Shown: one piece after another, positions 9,777-19,907 of the stretch | Position numbering within the stretch: the first letter of the stretch is position 1 | Layout of the letters: every line of letters begins with the position of its first letter | Assembly (NCBI GenBank): GCA_021513715.1 | Contig: CP084167.1 | Span: 448,001-512,000 of the forward strand | Reading direction: 5' to 3' | DNA from: Candidatus Heimdallarchaeum endolithica | Lineage (GTDB): Archaea; Asgardarchaeota; Heimdallarchaeia; Heimdallarchaeales; Heimdallarchaeaceae | DNA: 64,000 bases | Program-made: the position numbers and the translations under genes | Notes under the pieces: generated by a model | Database searches by the model: none | What the model was told of the DNA's origin: nothing | What the model saw: only the letters and a program-made list of their open reading frames with translations

Positions 9777-12700
9777 ATGAAACAAGCTAAAGCTTATTGT
9801 AGAAAAGAGAACAAAGGTTTAGGATTAACAATAATAGTTCTTTTTCTGATAATAAGTCAGATTGTTGTTAGTCTTGCTATCTCTGGGAATTCAGGTAAAG
9901 GTATTTTGAATTTTGAGCAAAATAGTTTAGAAGATAATAGAAATGAAGGGTTTTATAAAGAAGCAAAGATAGATGATTTTAATTTAGATGATATTAATAA
10001 ATATAAAAGTGAAGAAACAAAAAATGATTATACAACTGATAAAGTCTCAAAAGCTTTAACTTCTTTTGGTAATTGGCCAATATATGTGGGAGGAGAATTA
10101 AAAGGAGGACCTGGGGCAGGAGATATAGATGGAGATGGAAACTATGAGATAGTAGTAGGAACATTGAATGGTCTAATAAGAGTATATGAGATAGATGGAA
10201 CTGAATCTTTAAGTTGGTCTGGTGGAAAGAATATAGGTGTAGCAATAACATCAACACCAATGTTAGCAAATATAGACAATAATCCCGCTACAGATGAAAT
10301 AATTGTAGGGACAGCAAATGGTTCAGTATACGCCTTTTTTGGTAATGGTTCAATTATTCCTGGTTGGCCAGTTGATTGCGAGGGAGCTGTAGAAGAGAGT
10401 TTAGCTGTAGGAGATATAAACGGTGATGGAAACAATGAGATCGTTATAGGTTCTAACAGTACTAAAGTTTATGTTTTTGATGCTGATGGAACTATAGTTG
10501 GTGGCTGGCCAAAAACTACTGAAGGAGCAGTGATCGTGGCCCCTGTTCTAGATGATGTTGATAATGACAACATTAGTGATATTATTGTAGGTAGCACTGA
10601 TGGAAAACTCTATGTCTGGAAAGGCAATGGAGCTATTCTCACTAATTTTCCTATAGATTTATCTGAGTCTATTACTCATCCTTTGGCTGTGGCTGATATT
10701 AACCAGGATGGAACTATAGATATTGCTTGTCCAGCAGGAAGTAACCTTTATCTTCTAGCAAACAATGGAACAACTATTCATTCTTGGAAAGCATCTTATG
10801 GAGTGAAACCAGAGTGGTTAGGCCCTATAATTGCAGACATTAACTGGGATAGGGAATATGAAATAGTCGCTTTATCAAGAGAAGGGGAGCTAAAAATCTA
10901 TTCATTCACTGGTGATACATTAAGCAACTACGATTTGATTACTAATATAGCTATTAATATGGATCCTGTAATAACAGATATTGATAATGACATTAATTGG
11001 GAAATGTTATACTGTTCATCTTCAAACATTTATTCAATAAACTTTGATTCTTCTTCTACAAATGAAATGTTGTTATCAGGTTATGTACAAATAACAGGTA
11101 TGATTAATATTTTGGGTAAATATTTGTTTTACACTGATAGTTCTGGGTATTTTTTATCAGCTGAAAATGTACATCAAACAGTCTATAATTGGGAAAAAAT
11201 CAACTTTAATTCAATCAACAATCGCTTTAATTCTTATATATACTATTATACTGTTGTTTCTGGTTGGCCTAAAATAATTAATAGTCGTTCTTTAGCTGTT
11301 GCTGATATTGACGGAGATACAGAACTAGAAATAATTGTAGGATGTACTGATGGATATGAGAATAAAGTTTATGTTTGGAATGGTGATGGTACTGTCGTTC
11401 TTGGTTGGCCAAAGACAGTTAGCGGTGATGCACATTCTTTAGCTGTTGCTGATATAGATGGAGACAAAGAGCTAGAACTAATTGTAGGAAGTAGTGGTGG
11501 AGTTTATGTTTGGAATAGTGATGGTACATATGTTACTGAATGGCCTAAGCTGATTAATTGTTCTTCTTTAGCCATTGCTGATATTGATGGAGATACAGAA
11601 CTAGAAATAATTATTGGAAACAATAGTGGAGTTTACGTATGGAATGGTGATGGAACAATTGTTCCTGGTTGGCCAAAAACAAGCGGTGGTCGTTCTTTAG
11701 CTGTTGCTGATATTGACGGAGATACAGAACTAGAAATAATTGCAGGATATAGTGATCAAGTATACATCTGGAATAGTGATGGCACTGTCGTTCCTGGTTG
11801 GCCAAAAACGATAAGCGGTTATTGTTACTCTTTAGCTATTGCTGATATTGATGGAGATACAAAAATAGAAATAATTACGGGATATAATGGTGGTATAATA
11901 ATTTGGAATGGTGATGGAACAATTGTTCCTGGTTGGCCAAAAACAATATATGATTTTTATTGTTCTTTAATTGTTGTTGATATTGATGGAGATACAGAAC
12001 TAGAAATAATTGCAGAACATGGCGATTTATATAATGGTGGTATAATAATTTGGAATGGTGATGGAACAATTGTTCCTGGTTGGCCAAAAACAAGCGGTGG
12101 TCGTTCTTTAGCTGTTGCTGATATTGACGGAGATACAGAACTAGAAATAATTGCAGGATATAGTGATGGATATGAGGAAAAGGTTTATGCTTGGAATAGT
12201 GATGGAACAGTGGTTCCAAGTTGGCCAAAAATGAGTGGAGGTTACTCTTTAGCCATTGCTGATATTGATGGAGATACAGAACTAGAAATTATTTCAACAA
12301 GTGTTGGTGGAGTACATATTTGGAATTCTATGGGAACAGGTTATGCACCTTTTTACACATATTCAGTCAATATTCGACGAACAGGAACATACATAGATAC
12401 AGATAACGATGGATTATTTGATCACGAAGAAGAACTTCTTCGTACAGATCCTTCAAAAGTAGATTCTGACAATGATGGTTTGCCAGATGGAGATGAAATC
12501 AATATTTTTTCTACAGATCCTACAAAGGTAGATTCTGATAATGATGGTTTGCCAGATGGAGATGAAATCAATATTTTTTCTACAGATCCTACAAAGGTAG
12601 ATTCTGACAATGATGGTTTGCCAGATGGAGATGAAATAAAAATCTATTTTACTAATCCCAACATTAAAGATACAGACTCTGATGGAATGTATGATGGTTA

Positions 12701-14144
12701 TGAAGTTTATTCTGGATTGAATCCTTTAATTAATGACTCTGGTACTGATTTAGATGATGATGGATTAACCAATCTTGAAGAATTTAATTTGGGTACTTTT
12801 GCTAATAGCACTGATACAGACAGTGATGCAATGAATGATTTATGGGAAGTTCAAACGGGAACAAATCCAACAATAGACGATTCTGCTGTAGATTTAGATA
12901 ATGATACCTTATCTAATTTAGACGAATATAATCTTGGTACTTTTGCAAACAACTCTGATACTGATAATGATGGAATGTTTGACGGTTATGAAGTTTATTC
13001 AGGTTTAGATCCTTTTGTTGATGATGCAAATTCTGATTTAGACAATGACGGATTAACTAACCTAGAGGAATTTAACTTGGGTACTTTTGCTAATAGCACT
13101 GATACAGATAGCGATTTTATGGACGATTTGTGGGAAGTTCAAACGGGTACAAATCCAATTATAAATGATGCTAATTCTGATTTAGACAATGACACTTTGT
13201 CTAACGTAGATGAGTATAATCTTGGTACTTTTGCAAACAATTCTGATACTGATAATGATGGAATGTTTGACGGTTATGAAGTTTATTCAGGTTTAGATCC
13301 TTTTGTTGATGATGCAAATTCTGATTTAGACAATGACGGATTAACTAACCTAGAGGAATTTAACTTGGGTACTTTTGCGAATAACACAGATACAGATGAT
13401 GATGGTTTAACTGATTATGAGGAAGTGAAAGAATACTTTACCAATCCTATCGATAACGACTCTGACAATGATGGATTAACTGATTATGAAGAAGTGAAAA
13501 TTTATGGAACTGACCCAAATGATGAAGACACGGATGGTGATGGAGATCCTGATGGTAAAGAAATAGAAAATGGTCTCGATCCTCTCAATCCTAAATCTAA
13601 TTTAGAACACAAAGAAAAAGTCAAAAGGATTATAACTCTCGTTTCTATAATCACTGGAGCTGTTGTCGCAACTATTAGTATTACTTTTTTGACTTTTGTT
13701 GGAATTAGACTTTATCTCAGAAAAAAGGCTTCTACTTTAGGCTTTTCTTCGGTTAAAGAAATGTTTTCTGCTAAAAAACTAGGATTCAAGGATAAATTGG
13801 AGTGGGAGCAAATCTCTTCTTTAGGTTATAATACTAAATCAGACTATCTTAAAGCACTTAAAAGAGAAGAAAATTATAAAACTCTTATTAACCTACTTAA
13901 TCAATTTAAACCCAATATCCCTGTTACATTGCAAAGATTATCAGAACTCTCAGGATTTTCTAAGAAAAAAGTTGAAGAGTATATCAATGATATTCTACGT
14001 TCTAACCCTGATATTGGTGAGTATTATGAACTTGAACAGTCTTTCATTAGAAAGGAAACCATAGAAATTGAAAATGAGATAGACAAATTACTCAGTAAAT
14101 ATCGAGATTGGGAAGCTGTAGGTGAAGGTAAAAAGAAAGAATAG
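9777..14144 (+). CDS. Giant single-pass surface protein: two FG-GAP propellers, TSP3-like stalk, TM, cytoplasmic winged helix, conserved C-terminal motif
   Basis: GWP...LAVADIDGDxxxEII repeats in two clusters; DTDNDG repeats; TM IITLVSIITGAVVATISITFLTFVGI; wH-like VTLQRLSELSGFSKKKVEEYI; ends IDKLLSKYRDWEAVGEGKKKE. Confidence 0.9.
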   Translation: MKQAKAYCRKENKGLGLTIIVLFLIISQIVVSLAISGNSGKGILNFEQNSLEDNRNEGFYKEAKIDDFNLDDINKYKSEETKNDYTTDKVSKALTSFGNWPIYVGGELKGGPGAGDIDGDGNYEIVVGTLNGLIRVYEIDGTESLSWSGGKNIGVAITSTPMLANIDNNPATDEIIVGTANGSVYAFFGNGSIIPGWPVDCEGAVEESLAVGDINGDGNNEIVIGSNSTKVYVFDADGTIVGGWPKTTEGAVIVAPVLDDVDNDNISDIIVGSTDGKLYVWKGNGAILTNFPIDLSESITHPLAVADINQDGTIDIACPAGSNLYLLANNGTTIHSWKASYGVKPEWLGPIIADINWDREYEIVALSREGELKIYSFTGDTLSNYDLITNIAINMDPVITDIDNDINWEMLYCSSSNIYSINFDSSSTNEMLLSGYVQITGMINILGKYLFYTDSSGYFLSAENVHQTVYNWEKINFNSINNRFNSYIYYYTVVSGWPKIINSRSLAVADIDGDTELEIIVGCTDGYENKVYVWNGDGTVVLGWPKTVSGDAHSLAVADIDGDKELELIVGSSGGVYVWNSDGTYVTEWPKLINCSSLAIADIDGDTELEIIIGNNSGVYVWNGDGTIVPGWPKTSGGRSLAVADIDGDTELEIIAGYSDQVYIWNSDGTVVPGWPKTISGYCYSLAIADIDGDTKIEIITGYNGGIIIWNGDGTIVPGWPKTIYDFYCSLIVVDIDGDTELEIIAEHGDLYNGGIIIWNGDGTIVPGWPKTSGGRSLAVADIDGDTELEIIAGYSDGYEEKVYAWNSDGTVVPSWPKMSGGYSLAIADIDGDTELEIISTSVGGVHIWNSMGTGYAPFYTYSVNIRRTGTYIDTDNDGLFDHEEELLRTDPSKVDSDNDGLPDGDEINIFSTDPTKVDSDNDGLPDGDEINIFSTDPTKVDSDNDGLPDGDEIKIYFTNPNIKDTDSDGMYDGYEVYSGLNPLINDSGTDLDDDGLTNLEEFNLGTFANSTDTDSDAMNDLWEVQTGTNPTIDDSAVDLDNDTLSNLDEYNLGTFANNSDTDNDGMFDGYEVYSGLDPFVDDANSDLDNDGLTNLEEFNLGTFANSTDTDSDFMDDLWEVQTGTNPIINDANSDLDNDTLSNVDEYNLGTFANNSDTDNDGMFDGYEVYSGLDPFVDDANSDLDNDGLTNLEEFNLGTFANNTDTDDDGLTDYEEVKEYFTNPIDNDSDNDGLTDYEEVKIYGTDPNDEDTDGDGDPDGKEIENGLDPLNPKSNLEHKEKVKRIITLVSIITGAVVATISITFLTFVGIRLYLRKKASTLGFSSVKEMFSAKKLGFKDKLEWEQISSLGYNTKSDYLKALKREENYKTLINLLNQFKPNIPVTLQRLSELSGFSKKKVEEYINDILRSNPDIGEYYELEQSFIRKETIEIENEIDKLLSKYRDWEAVGEGKKKE
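11251..12330 (+). repeat. Eight FG-GAP blade repeats (about 130 bp each) with near-identical DNA frameworks and variable loops
   Basis: Eight copies of (G)WPK-x-SLA[VI]ADIDGDTELEII-x-[VI]xxWN[GS]DGT; 11640-11757 is essentially identical to 12051-12167. Confidence 0.9.
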
Positions 14145-14240
14145 CTAAAAACATTTTTTCTTTCATTTTTCTTTTTTTGTAGTTTAATTTCTTATTAAAT
14201 TAGAAGTCATTCTATAAGTATCTTTATTAATTTCTCAAAA

Positions 14241-14921
14241 ATGCTTTTATGTCTAAATACTAAATTTATTTGTATGAATAATTCTTCTGAAAAAATAGTT
14301 TTAACTATTTGTCATAATAATGAGGAAACGTGTGATAGTTGTTCTCTTTTTGGTAATTTAATGTGTAAGTTAGATCACAAAGACTCGATTATTTTTATTT
14401 GGCCATTCTTAACAATGATTGGTCTTTTAACAGCAGGTATTATAATAACAAGAATGAAAGTTGATACTCCTTGGTGGGCAATAATTACTTTCATTGGGGT
14501 ATATTTTTTGTACATGTTTTTTTTCTTCAACATCTGGGAAAGTAAGATCCTTTGCAGTCACTGTCCTTTCTATGTTATTGATGATTCAAAGATTCTAAAA
14601 TGCTATGCTAATTATGGTTTCTTGAAAACAGCTAAATACAATCCTACACCTATAACTAAATCAGAACAGATACAATTTATTATAGGAGCTTTGTTATTAT
14701 TTTTTATTCCAATGACTTTTCTTTTGATTATTCAGAACTTTCTTTTTGCAGGATTAGTTGCCTTAAGTACAGTAATCTTTTTTGTTAATACAATGAATTC
14801 CTCTTGTAAAAAGTGTCCTAATTTCTCTTGTATTCTAAATAGGGTTCCTGAAGAATGGAAAGAAGAATATTTCAAGAAGAATGAAGTAATGAGAAAAGCT
14901 TGGGAAGAAAATAGTCAATAA
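14241..14921 (+). CDS. Cys-rich 4-TM membrane protein, possibly metal or Fe-S binding
   Basis: CHxxxxxCxxC...C, LCSHCPFY...KC and CKKCPNFSC clusters flank two TM hairpins. Confidence 0.7.
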   Translation: MLLCLNTKFICMNNSSEKIVLTICHNNEETCDSCSLFGNLMCKLDHKDSIIFIWPFLTMIGLLTAGIIITRMKVDTPWWAIITFIGVYFLYMFFFFNIWESKILCSHCPFYVIDDSKILKCYANYGFLKTAKYNPTPITKSEQIQFIIGALLLFFIPMTFLLIIQNFLFAGLVALSTVIFFVNTMNSSCKKCPNFSCILNRVPEEWKEEYFKKNEVMRKAWEENSQ

Positions 14922-15011
14922 CTGATAAATTTTAATTAAATTTTTTTTCAATTTCCTTATTTTGTAAATAAGATTAAAAAAATTTAAAAATAACTGGCTT
15001 TTTTAGAAACC

Positions 15012-16454
15012 ATGAGCATTGTAAAAAAAACAAATAAAAAGAATGTTTTTCTATTTAGTTTCTACGACATTGCTAATACAGTTTATTCTCAAGTTATACA
15101 AAGTACAATTATCTTGCGTTATATTCAGATTATTGGCCAAGTAGAGAACGGGATGACTAAAGATCAAGCTTATTTTGTTTTTACAACAATTCAAGCTTTG
15201 AGTCAGATTTTGGTTGTAGCTCTTATTCCTCTATTTGGAGCAATGATGGATAGAGCTGGTAGAAAAAAACCTTTTGTACTAACTATCACAGGGATTACTT
15301 TAATTAGCACTTCTCTTTTCTGGATAAAGAAGAGTATAGCGGTAGTGATGACGCTTTTTATTTTAGCAAACCTCGCTTATTGGGCTGCTCTTGCTGCTTA
15401 TGATGCGATGATACCTTCTTTAGCTGCAGAGAAAGATATTGGTAAAACCTCAGGGATAGCAATGGGTCTAGGTTGGGTTTCTATAATTCCTGCAATAGGA
15501 ATAACAATACTTGCTAATTCTCTTTGGGGACAACCAAACGCTGATCCCAATCAAGGACCAGTTGTTTATGGTTATTATGCCAATCCTTGGACATATATCA
15601 TGACAGTTGGATTGTTCATTCTATTCTTGATACCATTCTTGTTCACAAAAGAAAAAGCTAAACCAGGTGAATTTCCTAAATTTAAAGAACTACTAAATGA
15701 TTCCTTCGGAGAACTTTACCGTACTTTCAGAGATATTAGAAAGCATAAAGAGATGTTCAAATTTATAATAGGCTACTTCTTCATTGTTGACATGGCAAAT
15801 ACAGCTAATATTATTCTTTTAGATGTTCTAAGAGATGCTATCGGTTTTCCTGAGAGTCAAAGTCTAATCCTCCAGCTTCCTGTAGTTTTTACAGCTATAT
15901 TTGTTATACCAATAATTGGATGGATGGGAGACAAATTTGGAGCTAAAGCAACTGTGTGGACTGTAGGAGCATTATATCTAGTTGGTCTTGTTTCTGGAAT
16001 ATTAGCAATCTGGTATGGTAAAAAATCTGTCTCTCCTGGCTTGACATTAATGTTCATCCTTACTTTTATAATGATGATTTGTGTAGGAATAGGATTGGGT
16101 TCAACATGGGTTGTTCAAAGAGTGATGATCTTAAAACTAGCCCCACCAGAAAAAGTGGGAGAATATGTAGGTTTCTCTTATATTGCTGGAAGATTAAATG
16201 CTTCAGTAGCAATCTTTATCTGGGGAGGAATAATAAAAGTATTCTATCCCATTTTCAATGCAAAAGGCTATGACTATAGAACTTACTCTATAGGATTACT
16301 ATTCTTGTTATTCCTATTAGTGGTAGGAATGGTCATCACGTTTTTTGTGAAGATACCTTCAGATGAAGAAAGAAAGAAGTGGGCAGAAGATTATATAAAC
16401 CATGGAATGAAAACACAAACAGAATTAGAAAAAGAGCGAAATAAAAAATCTTGA
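15012..16454 (+). CDS. MFS transporter (UMF1/Atg22-like)
   Basis: About 12 TM; FYDIANT N-terminus; GAMMDRAGRKKP and GWMGDKFGAK MFS loop motifs; LAPPEKVGEYVG. Confidence 0.85.
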   Translation: MSIVKKTNKKNVFLFSFYDIANTVYSQVIQSTIILRYIQIIGQVENGMTKDQAYFVFTTIQALSQILVVALIPLFGAMMDRAGRKKPFVLTITGITLISTSLFWIKKSIAVVMTLFILANLAYWAALAAYDAMIPSLAAEKDIGKTSGIAMGLGWVSIIPAIGITILANSLWGQPNADPNQGPVVYGYYANPWTYIMTVGLFILFLIPFLFTKEKAKPGEFPKFKELLNDSFGELYRTFRDIRKHKEMFKFIIGYFFIVDMANTANIILLDVLRDAIGFPESQSLILQLPVVFTAIFVIPIIGWMGDKFGAKATVWTVGALYLVGLVSGILAIWYGKKSVSPGLTLMFILTFIMMICVGIGLGSTWVVQRVMILKLAPPEKVGEYVGFSYIAGRLNASVAIFIWGGIIKVFYPIFNAKGYDYRTYSIGLLFLLFLLVVGMVITFFVKIPSDEERKKWAEDYINHGMKTQTELEKERNKKS

Positions 16455-16549
16455 GTTTTCCTTTCTTTCTTTTTTATCTTTTATAATTAAAAACAATGAA
16501 TTAAAGCTGAATAAGAAGATTTTTTTATTACACTTCTATTGTCGTTTTA

Positions 16550-17590
16550 ATGAAGATTCTACAGAATAAAAAAAACAAAATGCTAGTTATTTTTATAATT
16601 ATAACTCTTTCTTTAATGTTTTCTTCTTTTATTACTGGAAAAACCATAAAAAGTTATAATACAAATTTTTCTTCTTATCAAAACTTTTTAATTGTCCGAT
16701 ATCATGAAATAAGAGTAGATATTATTTCTGTAGATGATATTTTCTGTAAAGAGTCATTCATTATTGAGAATATAGATAATAATAGTCTTGATACAATTCC
16801 TTTGTGGTTTAATCATTCTATAAGTTCACTCAAAATAACAGATATAAACGGTTCTCTTTTATATAACTGGAAAGTTTTTGAAACTAGTTCTAACTATGTA
16901 GAAGTCAATTTGAGAAAAAATATTTCTTTTAATGAAATAGCTTCTTTCTCAGTAGAGTATGAATTATTGAAAGATATTCCTTTAATAACTTCAGAAAAGA
17001 ATTATTACTTGTTTGAGTTTTATGCAAGTATTACCTACTCTACTTCTGTACTTGATGTTGAGTATTCTCTCCCTGAAAACAGTTTTGTTTATCAAAGTGA
17101 AGGATCTGTTTATCCTAACAACGCTATGCAACAAATAGACTATAATAGAATCACTGTTTCATGGCGAAGTAACAATGTTAGTGCTTTTTCTAATCCTTTA
17201 TTTTATGTAAAATTTGATGAACCAATAATTGAAGATGAAAATCGAGGTTTTTTTGAAAAAGCTCTTAATCTTTTTCTTTCTGGACTATTTCTTGGCTTTT
17301 TTTTGGGAATAAGTTTTCTTTCATGGTTTGCAAGATATAAAGAAAAAAGGGCTAAAAAACAATTAGGATTAAGTCTTCTAGATGATAACCAAAAAGAGTT
17401 AATAAAAATAATCTATGAACATAATGGAAAGATAAGCCAGAAAGAAATGTGTTCAGTGACTGGTTTTTCTAAATCTAAAATAAGCAGAAATCTTATACCT
17501 TTAGAAAAAAGAGGGCTAATTTATAGAGAAAGATGGGGAAGAACTTACGTAATTCATCTTACTAAAGAAGGAAAAACAGTTATTGAATAA
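16550..17590 (+). CDS. Membrane-anchored transcriptional regulator: extracellular beta domain, TM, C-terminal winged HTH
   Basis: Signal peptide; TM LFLSGLFLGFFLGISFLSWF; wHTH ISQKEMCSVTGFSKSKISRNLIPLEKRGLIYRERWGR. Confidence 0.85.
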   Translation: MKILQNKKNKMLVIFIIITLSLMFSSFITGKTIKSYNTNFSSYQNFLIVRYHEIRVDIISVDDIFCKESFIIENIDNNSLDTIPLWFNHSISSLKITDINGSLLYNWKVFETSSNYVEVNLRKNISFNEIASFSVEYELLKDIPLITSEKNYYLFEFYASITYSTSVLDVEYSLPENSFVYQSEGSVYPNNAMQQIDYNRITVSWRSNNVSAFSNPLFYVKFDEPIIEDENRGFFEKALNLFLSGLFLGFFLGISFLSWFARYKEKRAKKQLGLSLLDDNQKELIKIIYEHNGKISQKEMCSVTGFSKSKISRNLIPLEKRGLIYRERWGRTYVIHLTKEGKTVIE

Positions 17591-17706
17591 AAAAAAGCAA
17601 ATACTAGATGTATTCCAGCTTTTATTAAGCAAAGGAATGTTTAAATTTCTCTTTTATATAATTTTTAATTATAGGTCGTAAGTACAATAAAAAGTTCTTT
17701 TTTCAA

Positions 17707-17764
17707 ATCGTTTCACTATTGTTTCACTTGTTTTACAATCGTTTCTTAACAGTTTTATCGTTGC
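17707..17764 (+). promoter_or_regulatory. Phased direct-repeat array (consensus ATCGTTTC(A)), candidate operator upstream of the 17818 gene
   Basis: GTT cores at 17710, 17721, 17730, 17741, 17752 and 17760, followed by an AT-rich TATA-like tract and an AGGTGA RBS. Confidence 0.5.
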
Positions 17765-17817
17765 TAAATCCAACTTTTAATAAATAACCGTTTTATGACA
17801 GTGTTAGGTGAAAAAAA

Positions 17818-18888
17818 ATGAACAAGAGACTATACACCTATTTGACTATAACTGGAGTAATATTCCTGGTTCTTATGAGTTCTTTACCATTAACTTCTTT
17901 GGCAGACAAAGGAGATAATGTGAATGTTGGTAAAGATAATGGATCTTTTATTATTGATACTCCTTTGTTAAAGGTAAAACTTTTGAATAATAAACCAGAT
18001 ATTATGTTCTGGATAGCAAACGATACTGATTCTAATAAAAGAAAGCCTGTTCCTGCTTATCACATTGGATTTAAATATGTAGTAGAATTATTCGGGGATG
18101 ACTTAGTTGTAGATAATAGAACTGAACTCGGAGGAAAATCTTACAATTTAGCAACTATTGATTGGACCTTAACAACTGAAAATAAAACAGATGAAGTTAT
18201 TTCTACTTTATCTTCAGAAATTTTATCCAATGGTGCTACAATTAGTTTTATCTTTCATGTTTTTACAAAAGATACTACTGTAACAAGAGTGTTAAATGAT
18301 AATACTACAGTAACCTATGAAGTAAAAGCTCTATCAGAAATAAAATTTGATATTGTTGTTTCAAATTGGACCTTTACAGAAGGAGCAGTAGGATTGACTT
18401 TCGTTACAACAGTACATGAACTTGCTTATAGACATAGAGTAAGAGCAGGAAATGCTACACATACTCAAGGTGAAACAGAAGAAAGAAATAGCACTAAAAC
18501 TACTCCACGTGAAAAAAGAGACAATGACCCTGAAAAATGGGGTGTAGAATTTACTGACGATAAAGGCAATCTTCAAAGTTATTTTGCTTGGACACCTGAA
18601 GCTGATGTTTTTGATGCAGACGATAATTACTTGAAAACAGTCAATGTTACTGCTACAACTGCAGAAAGAGGTTTCAAAGAAAAAAAAGTTTCTAATAAAA
18701 AATTCGGAATTGATTATTTATTCTTATTTATTACTTATCCCAATTATGGAGATAATTTGAAATTAGTACATGACCCAACAATTGGAGTAGTAGAAACATC
18801 AAGCGGACTTCCTTGGGCAACAACTGCATCAATTGTCTTACCATTGGTAATTGTAGGCCTAATAGTAATAAATAGAAGAAGAAAGTAA
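17818..18888 (+). CDS. Secreted/cell-surface protein with C-terminal membrane anchor
   Basis: Signal peptide; beta-rich body with several NxT sequons; HDPTIG followed by TM and RRRK. Confidence 0.8.
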   Translation: MNKRLYTYLTITGVIFLVLMSSLPLTSLADKGDNVNVGKDNGSFIIDTPLLKVKLLNNKPDIMFWIANDTDSNKRKPVPAYHIGFKYVVELFGDDLVVDNRTELGGKSYNLATIDWTLTTENKTDEVISTLSSEILSNGATISFIFHVFTKDTTVTRVLNDNTTVTYEVKALSEIKFDIVVSNWTFTEGAVGLTFVTTVHELAYRHRVRAGNATHTQGETEERNSTKTTPREKRDNDPEKWGVEFTDDKGNLQSYFAWTPEADVFDADDNYLKTVNVTATTAERGFKEKKVSNKKFGIDYLFLFITYPNYGDNLKLVHDPTIGVVETSSGLPWATTASIVLPLVIVGLIVINRRRK

Positions 18889-19707
18889 TTATTCTTTGTT
18901 CTTCATTTTACTTTTTTTCTCTTTATTTATCTTTTTAGCGAATTCTAAGGCTTCTTTGTATCTCTCTATAGTTTCAACTTGTAACTCATCATCAGAGTCT
19001 AATTTGGTGATTTTTTCTCTAAGTGTTCTTATAAATAACTTGAGTTCCTCTTCAGGTAATTCATCAATTATCGTTTTCGCAAGAAAAATGTTAGCAGTAT
19101 CAACATTTGGAATATCTAACTCTAAAGGGTTTTTCTCCCATTCTTCAATAGAATAGGCTAATTGTTCTGTTCCTAAAAGGTCTATTATTTGATCTATCTT
19201 AAAAGGTACAAGTTCTTTAAATCTTTTAAATGCATTAGCATATTTTTCACTTTCTGCAATTCTTGTCTCAAAGAATCTATCAGTAGGAAATAGAATTTTC
19301 ACCGCACTTAAAGCAAAAGTTCCTGTCTGAAAAATCAAAATTAAAGACTTTGCTTCACTTGAATTTTCATTGTGGGTAGACAAAAAAGCTTTTTCTAATT
19401 TTTCTTTATTAGTTAGTTTCCATATTCTTCTTAATAATTTGATTTCAAAAGCCCCTTTAACTTTTTTATTTTTACTTTCAATAAATATTATGTAATCTTT
19501 TTTTCTAATAGTTCCAGTATAATTTTTTCTCAGTTGAGTTAGATCTACTTCTTCTCCTTCTTCTCTCCTTTCCTCAAAATAAAAAATAATTTTCTTCTCT
19601 TTGCTAATATAAAATTTTTTACTTTCAGTTACCTCTCTGTCTGTGTCTCTATGAAGTAAAATCTTCTCAAGAATAAAAGGAAGATTTTCTTTAGAAACAT
19701 TAGTCAT
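18889..19707 (-). CDS. Hypothetical soluble protein
   Basis: 272-aa ORF, charged and helical; no motif recognised. Confidence 0.65.
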   Translation of the reverse strand: MTNVSKENLPFILEKILLHRDTDREVTESKKFYISKEKKIIFYFEERREEGEEVDLTQLRKNYTGTIRKKDYIIFIESKNKKVKGAFEIKLLRRIWKLTNKEKLEKAFLSTHNENSSEAKSLILIFQTGTFALSAVKILFPTDRFFETRIAESEKYANAFKRFKELVPFKIDQIIDLLGTEQLAYSIEEWEKNPLELDIPNVDTANIFLAKTIIDELPEEELKLFIRTLREKITKLDSDDELQVETIERYKEALEFAKKINKEKKSKMKNKE

Positions 19708-19907
19708 AGATGAACGTTTCTGTACAAGCTTTTTAAAGGTTAACCAAAAGAAGATAGAATAATGTAGAAGAAAAGATAGAACATTCTATTGGTTATTAGT
19801 TCTAAGAAGTTTGAAAAAAAAAGAATTATGTTTAAATTATTAAAACTTACTATGAACTTAACTTGATAGAAGAAAAATATGAAAAGAAAATCAATTTTGT
19901 CTTTTGC

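Noticed and set aside
11251-12330. Diversity-generating retroelement acting on the variable blades
   Set aside because: No reverse transcriptase in the window, and the differences include indels and are not adenine-specific.
9994-12610. Short antisense ORFs inside large genes (also within rad50, hppA, uvrA and the 2071-aa gene)
   Set aside because: They are shadow frames of strongly coding or repetitive genes and carry no recognisable motifs.
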